In this document: positions 59,637 to 64,000 of the stretch, piece after piece | Layout of the letters: each line of letters opens with the position of its first letter | Position numbering within the stretch: the stretch's first letter is position 1 | NCBI GenBank assembly: GCA_036561025.1 | Contig: DATBQB010000017.1 | Coordinates: 93,544-157,543 of the forward strand | Source: Methylobacter sp. | GTDB taxonomy: Bacteria > Pseudomonadota > Gammaproteobacteria > Methylococcales > Methylomonadaceae | DNA length: 64,000 nt | Direction of reading: 5' to 3' | Position numbers and translations under genes: made by a program | Notes under the pieces: model-generated | What the model saw: the letters and a program-made list of their open reading frames with translations, nothing else | What the model was told of the DNA's origin: nothing | The model's database searches: none

Positions 59637-60044
59637 TTAGATCACCCAATCTTCCAACTTTAACCTGTCAATACGTTCAAACTCACGCACGTTATGCGTG
59701 ACAAGCGTAGCGTCACGAGAAAGTGCATGGCAGGCAATCCAAAGGTCATTAGCGCCTATCGGGGTACCTGCTTCTTTTAACCGGGTAAATTGCGCGGCGT
59801 AGTGCTCGCATAAGCTATGGTTGGTATTGTAGTGGACGGGGATCAGCTGGGTAAGCTGATCAAGCTGGAGCAATACCTGGGCCTTGCGCGTGCTACGCTC
59901 GGCACCTTTGAGTAGCTCGGCATAGGTGATAAAAGACATGCACAATACGTCATCTTTATCCAGGGCATTGATAGTTTCGGCGACGGATGGTGGTTTGTTT
60001 TTGATCAGATAAATCAGAATGTTGGTATCCAGCATATAGATCAT
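59637..60044 (-). CDS. vapC: PIN-domain toxin VapC
   Basis: YMLDTNILIY, ELLKGA, IGANDLWIACHA and LVTHNVREF. Confidence 0.93.
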   Translation of the reverse strand: MIYMLDTNILIYLIKNKPPSVAETINALDKDDVLCMSFITYAELLKGAERSTRKAQVLLQLDQLTQLIPVHYNTNHSLCEHYAAQFTRLKEAGTPIGANDLWIACHALSRDATLVTHNVREFERIDRLKLEDWVI

Positions 60045-60295
60045 AAAGACTCGCGATCCTGCATGGCGGGCTGTTGCCGGTAGTTTTGCTCAAGCTGATT
60101 AGCAAAATCTTCATCAAAGGCATTGAGCGCTGCCAATACGGCTGCACCACGGTCAACGGGTAAAGGGTGAATAACCAGATCGCCATTCGCGTTGCGGCTG
60201 ATTTCAACCTGGGTCGCATCAATGCGAAATTCTTGCGGAATCCGCACTGCCTGGCTGTTGCCGTTTTTAAAGATGCGTGTGGTTAAGGTTGACAT
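60041..60295 (-). CDS. vapB: AbrB/SpoVT-type antitoxin VapB
   Basis: IFKNGNSQAVRIPQEFR; ATGA overlap with vapC. Confidence 0.92.
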   Translation of the reverse strand: MSTLTTRIFKNGNSQAVRIPQEFRIDATQVEISRNANGDLVIHPLPVDRGAAVLAALNAFDEDFANQLEQNYRQQPAMQDRESL

Positions 60296-60420
60296 AGACT
60301 GCCCTCATGGTGTGTACATTGATGTGTGTATCATATTTTTAGGTGGATAAACTTGCAAATTATTATTGCGCGAATCCACCGGGGCAACGGAGTAGAGACG
60401 CGATGCCTCCAGATTTTAAT

Positions 60421-61122
60421 TTACTCCCCACCCACCAACCGATACCCCACGCCCGCCTCAGTCAACAAGTAACGCGGCTGGGCCGGATCGGCTTCAAGCT
60501 TCCTACGCAGTTGTCCCATGTAAATCCGCACATAATGGCCGTGCTCCACGTAGGCAGGCCCCCAAACGTCCAGCAACAACTGCCGGTGCGTCAGCACCTT
60601 GCCCGCATGACGGATCAACACCGTCAGCAGCCGGTATTCGATCGGGGTCAGATGAATTTCCTGTTCGCCGATATGCACACTGCGACGGGATAAATCAACC
60701 TGTAAATCGCCAACGCTAAACAGCGTTTCGACGCTGTCTCCTGCAAGCTGTGCGGCGTGGCGTAGCGATACGCGGATGCGCGCCAGCAGTTCGCCTATGC
60801 TGAACGGTTTGGTCAGGTAATCGTCCGCTCCGGCATCCAGCGCGGCAATCTTGTTGCTTTCCTGGCTTCGGGCCGACAGTACGATGATCGGCACTGCGGA
60901 CCATTCGCGAACCTTGCGGATCACCGCTATGCCGTCCATACCCGGCAAGCCCAGGTCGAGGATGACCAACTCCGGCTTGCGGGTACCGATTTCCACTATG
61001 CCCCGTTCGCCGGTTCCCGCCTCAATCACCTGAAATCCCTGCACGCTCAGGCTGGTGCGCAAAAAACGGCAGATTTGCGGATCATCCTCGACGACCACAA
61101 TGACCGGTTTGGCGCTATTCAT
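60421..61122 (-). CDS. kdpE: Response regulator KdpE
   Basis: VEDD, ILDLGLP, GADDYLTKPF, HLTPIEY, GKVLTHRQLL..VWG and LRRKLEADPAQPRY. Confidence 0.93.
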   Translation of the reverse strand: MNSAKPVIVVVEDDPQICRFLRTSLSVQGFQVIEAGTGERGIVEIGTRKPELVILDLGLPGMDGIAVIRKVREWSAVPIIVLSARSQESNKIAALDAGADDYLTKPFSIGELLARIRVSLRHAAQLAGDSVETLFSVGDLQVDLSRRSVHIGEQEIHLTPIEYRLLTVLIRHAGKVLTHRQLLLDVWGPAYVEHGHYVRIYMGQLRRKLEADPAQPRYLLTEAGVGYRLVGGE

Positions 61123-63859
61123 CTTGCAACTGCTCCGCTGCCAGTTGCGGCGGCGCTTCGTCTACCGGCAGCAGGAAAAAGAATTGCGCTCCGCCGCCTT
61201 GCCGGTTAGCGGCGCCGATAACGCCACCATGCGCCATAATGATGGCCTTGCAAATGGCCAAGCCCAGACCGACGCCGCTTTGCGTGCCTTCCCGATGTAC
61301 CCGGTAGAATTTATCGAACAGTTTTTCCTCTTCTCCCGGCGGTATGCCGGGACCGCGATCCGCTACGGTTACCTTTAGCATATGGGCGGAGAGTTCGGCG
61401 ATGATGTCGATGGGACTACCCGGCGGCGTATATTTGCAGGCATTTTCCAACAGATTGACCAGCACCTGTTCGATCAGCACCGCATCGACACGCACCAAAC
61501 AGAGCTCATCCGGCAGTTTGGCGTTGACGGCGCGCCCTTTAAGCCGCTTGCGCATTCGCGTCAACGTTCCGCCGATGATTTCGTCCAATAGATACCATTG
61601 CCGGTTCAGCGATGCCTGTCCTGCATCCAGGCGAGCCATATCCAGAATATTATTGGTCAGGTTCGACATCCGTAGCGCTTCGTCATAGATGGTCAGGCTC
61701 AACTCTTGCCGATCCTGCGGGGCAAGCTGGGCGTCTTCTTCCACCAGCGTACTGGCCGCGCCGACGATGGATGCCAACGGTGTGCGTAAATCATGGGAAA
61801 TCGCGCTGAGCAAGGAATTACGCAAGCTCTCGGATTCCATGCGTAATTGAGTCTGTTGCGCCTCATCGGCGAAACGCACCCGTTCAACGGTTTGGGCAAT
61901 CTGGCTGATAAAGGTATCCAACAGCCGGCGCTGTTCGGGTAGAAACACCCGGCGCAGATTGACGGCGCGCAACACCAGCACACCGATCACGCCGCGGAAA
62001 CCGGACATAGGAAAAAACACTGCGTCGGCTCCGGGTAAGGTATCGGTGCCTTGTCCGGCTATCTGGCCGTGGTCAAAAACCCACTGCGCCACGCTGAGAT
62101 CGCAATTACGCAGGGATTCCGGGACCGGCGGATCTGAAGGATAAACTATCCGACCGTCGTCGTCTGGAAACAGCAAGACGCTGGCCCCGCCGAACTCATC
62201 CTGAATATGTCGCGCGGCGATTCTGGCAGTTTCCGCTACGGTACGACTGGCCGCCAGATCTTCACTCAATGCGTAAAGTACATTAGCGCGCCGCTCCCGA
62301 TGTGAGGCGACCTTCGCCTGAGAACGCATATTGCTGGTCAGATGGCTGATAATCAACCCCACCAATAGCATAATGAGGAACGTCACCAAATACTGGACAT
62401 CCGCGACCGCAAAGGTATGAACCGGATTTACGAACAGAAAGTCGAACGCGGCAACGCTCAGCACCGAAGTCAAAACAGAGGCTTCGCGACCGAAGCGGGC
62501 GGCCATAAAAACCACGCCCAACAAATAAACCATGACCAGATTAGCTAATTCGAATTTCCCGGACATTACCCAGGCAACTAAACTCGTGCAGCCTGTCATA
62601 GCTACCGCCCAACCCCAATTTAACCAACGCCGTTTGGCGCGACCCCAGGGATAATTGGGACGAAGCACTTTTACCCCCGCCATTGCTTTAGGCGCTTTTT
62701 TTTCTAAAGTATCTTCGCCACGCGGGCTGCCCAGCAAATAGACGTTGATATTATGCGCTTCGGTGATCAGAGTATCGACGACCGAGCCCAGCAACCAGCG
62801 CTTCCAACCACGGCGACGGGGTTTGCCCAACACGATTTTAGTGACATTGCGGCTTTTGGCAAAACCCAGGATTTCTTTACTCATATCGGGGCCTGACAAA
62901 GTCACCGTTTCTGCGCCCAACTGTTCGGCAAAGCGCAATATCCGCAGCACCTCATCGCGACGTTCGGCAGGCAAGCGCTGCAGCTCCGGCGTTTCCACGT
63001 AAGCCACGATCCAATGTGCATGTAGACTGGCAGCAAGCCGCTTCGCGGCACGCACCAGCCGCTCGGCGATAGCATTGGCGCCTATGCAGACCAATATCCG
63101 ATCGCCGACCGGCCAAACATCGCTGATCGCATGGTCGTCCCGGTAGTCTTGCATTTGCGCGTCGACCCGGTCGGCAGTCAGGCGTAAGGACAATTCCCGT
63201 AAGGCAATCAGATTGCCTTTGCGGAAGAAATTGCGCATTGCCCGTTCCGCTTGTTGCGGAACATAAACCTTACCTTCCTTGAGCCGCATTAATAACTCAT
63301 CAGGCGGCAAATCAATCAATTCGACCTCATCCGCCAGCTCGAATACCGTATCCGGCACAGTTTCCCTAACCTGTACCCCGGTTACCTGGCTGACATCGTC
63401 GTTGAGGCTTTCCAAATGCTGGACGTTGAGCGTGCTGTAAACATCGATACCGGCATTCAGCAATTCTTCTACATCCTGCCAGCGCTTAGGATGACGGCAA
63501 CCGATGGCGTTGCTGTGCGCCAATTCGTCCACCAAGACCAGAGACGGGCGGCGTTTCAGGGTACCGTCCAGATCGAATTCGCGCAGCACCGTACCACGGT
63601 GTTTGACCAGCTTGGGCGGCAGCACATCCAGGCCTTGTAATACCGCGACGGTTTCTTGCCGGTCATGGGTTTCCACCAGTCCGACCACCACGTCGATGCC
63701 TTCAGCCCGTTTGGCTTTGGCGGCAAGTAACATAGCGTAGGTTTTTCCAACACCCGCTGCCGCGCCGAAAAATACTTTGAGTCGTCCGCGTTGTCGCTGG
63801 TTTTCCTCGCGTTCTACGCGAGCAAGTAGCGCATCAGGGTCTGGTCTGGTATCGATCAT
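61115..63859 (-). CDS. kdpD: Sensor histidine kinase KdpD
   Basis: RGRLKVFFGAAAGVGKTYAML, DELAHSN, KRWQDV, Usp domain, four TM helices, GAF, SHDLRTPL and HATPase G-boxes. Confidence 0.96.
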   Translation of the reverse strand: MIDTRPDPDALLARVEREENQRQRGRLKVFFGAAAGVGKTYAMLLAAKAKRAEGIDVVVGLVETHDRQETVAVLQGLDVLPPKLVKHRGTVLREFDLDGTLKRRPSLVLVDELAHSNAIGCRHPKRWQDVEELLNAGIDVYSTLNVQHLESLNDDVSQVTGVQVRETVPDTVFELADEVELIDLPPDELLMRLKEGKVYVPQQAERAMRNFFRKGNLIALRELSLRLTADRVDAQMQDYRDDHAISDVWPVGDRILVCIGANAIAERLVRAAKRLAASLHAHWIVAYVETPELQRLPAERRDEVLRILRFAEQLGAETVTLSGPDMSKEILGFAKSRNVTKIVLGKPRRRGWKRWLLGSVVDTLITEAHNINVYLLGSPRGEDTLEKKAPKAMAGVKVLRPNYPWGRAKRRWLNWGWAVAMTGCTSLVAWVMSGKFELANLVMVYLLGVVFMAARFGREASVLTSVLSVAAFDFLFVNPVHTFAVADVQYLVTFLIMLLVGLIISHLTSNMRSQAKVASHRERRANVLYALSEDLAASRTVAETARIAARHIQDEFGGASVLLFPDDDGRIVYPSDPPVPESLRNCDLSVAQWVFDHGQIAGQGTDTLPGADAVFFPMSGFRGVIGVLVLRAVNLRRVFLPEQRRLLDTFISQIAQTVERVRFADEAQQTQLRMESESLRNSLLSAISHDLRTPLASIVGAASTLVEEDAQLAPQDRQELSLTIYDEALRMSNLTNNILDMARLDAGQASLNRQWYLLDEIIGGTLTRMRKRLKGRAVNAKLPDELCLVRVDAVLIEQVLVNLLENACKYTPPGSPIDIIAELSAHMLKVTVADRGPGIPPGEEEKLFDKFYRVHREGTQSGVGLGLAICKAIIMAHGGVIGAANRQGGGAQFFFLLPVDEAPPQLAAEQLQDE

Positions 63860-64000
63860 AATTGAGTCCGGTCGTTGCTAAAAATAATGTGTAGATCATT
63901 ATTTCGTTAGTTCTCAAGCTAAAAATGTGGGCATTCGGTTTGTAAGCCTGTTCTGAGCCTTGTCGAAGGGCTCCCCTGTTTCGTAAGGCGTCCTCTACCT

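Noticed and set aside
60343-63753. Plus-strand ORFs over kdpE/kdpD
   Set aside because: Shadow frames of GC-rich, well-conserved genes.
63935-63975. Repeat fragment CCTGTTCTGAGCCTTGTCGAAGGG at the right edge
   Set aside because: Resembles an interspersed repeat, but there is a single partial copy at the window edge and it cannot be supported here.

Overview
Gammaproteobacterial chromosome segment. E. coli-type fused NuoCD and an Rsd/AlgQ homologue support the class; a Methylococcales/Methylobacter-like host is only my impression and cannot be proven from this window. Layout: (1) nuoA-B-CD-E-F-G on the minus strand, nuoG running off the left edge (1-6772). (2) Small accessory genes and a decayed IS30 fragment (7.1-10.7 kb). 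(3) A ~24 kb surface-glycan locus (11.2-35.3 kb) with a GDP-colitose module, a CDP-derived branched/amino-sugar module with several tailoring enzymes, Wzx, four glycosyltransferases and a WbpV/WbpL/WbpM-type initiation module, but no Wzy/Wzz or ABC exporter. (4) Housekeeping genes: LysR, rhodanese, typA, L,D-transpeptidase, TauE, UPF0182, rsd, thrB. (5) A SufR-like regulator divergent from a group I truncated hemoglobin plus a 2Fe-2S/FAD/NAD reductase. (6) An OprC-like copper TonB-dependent receptor behind a consensus sigma-54 promoter. (7) A probable accessory/defence island: class II Fic with twin palindromic operators, a 1061-aa LRR-Roc-COR-TIR (Roco) protein and vapBC. (8) kdpE/kdpD. The best candidate for an undescribed system is the Fic + Roco-TIR (+VapBC) module. 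Also found: three copies of a CACGAA-ladder palindromic element, an in-frame 2x51-bp repeat inside wbpM, a one-base frameshift in an epimerase and a glycosyltransferase that appears to start at ATA. No rRNA, tRNA or CRISPR array was found. All calls come from reading motifs by eye; no database search was run.
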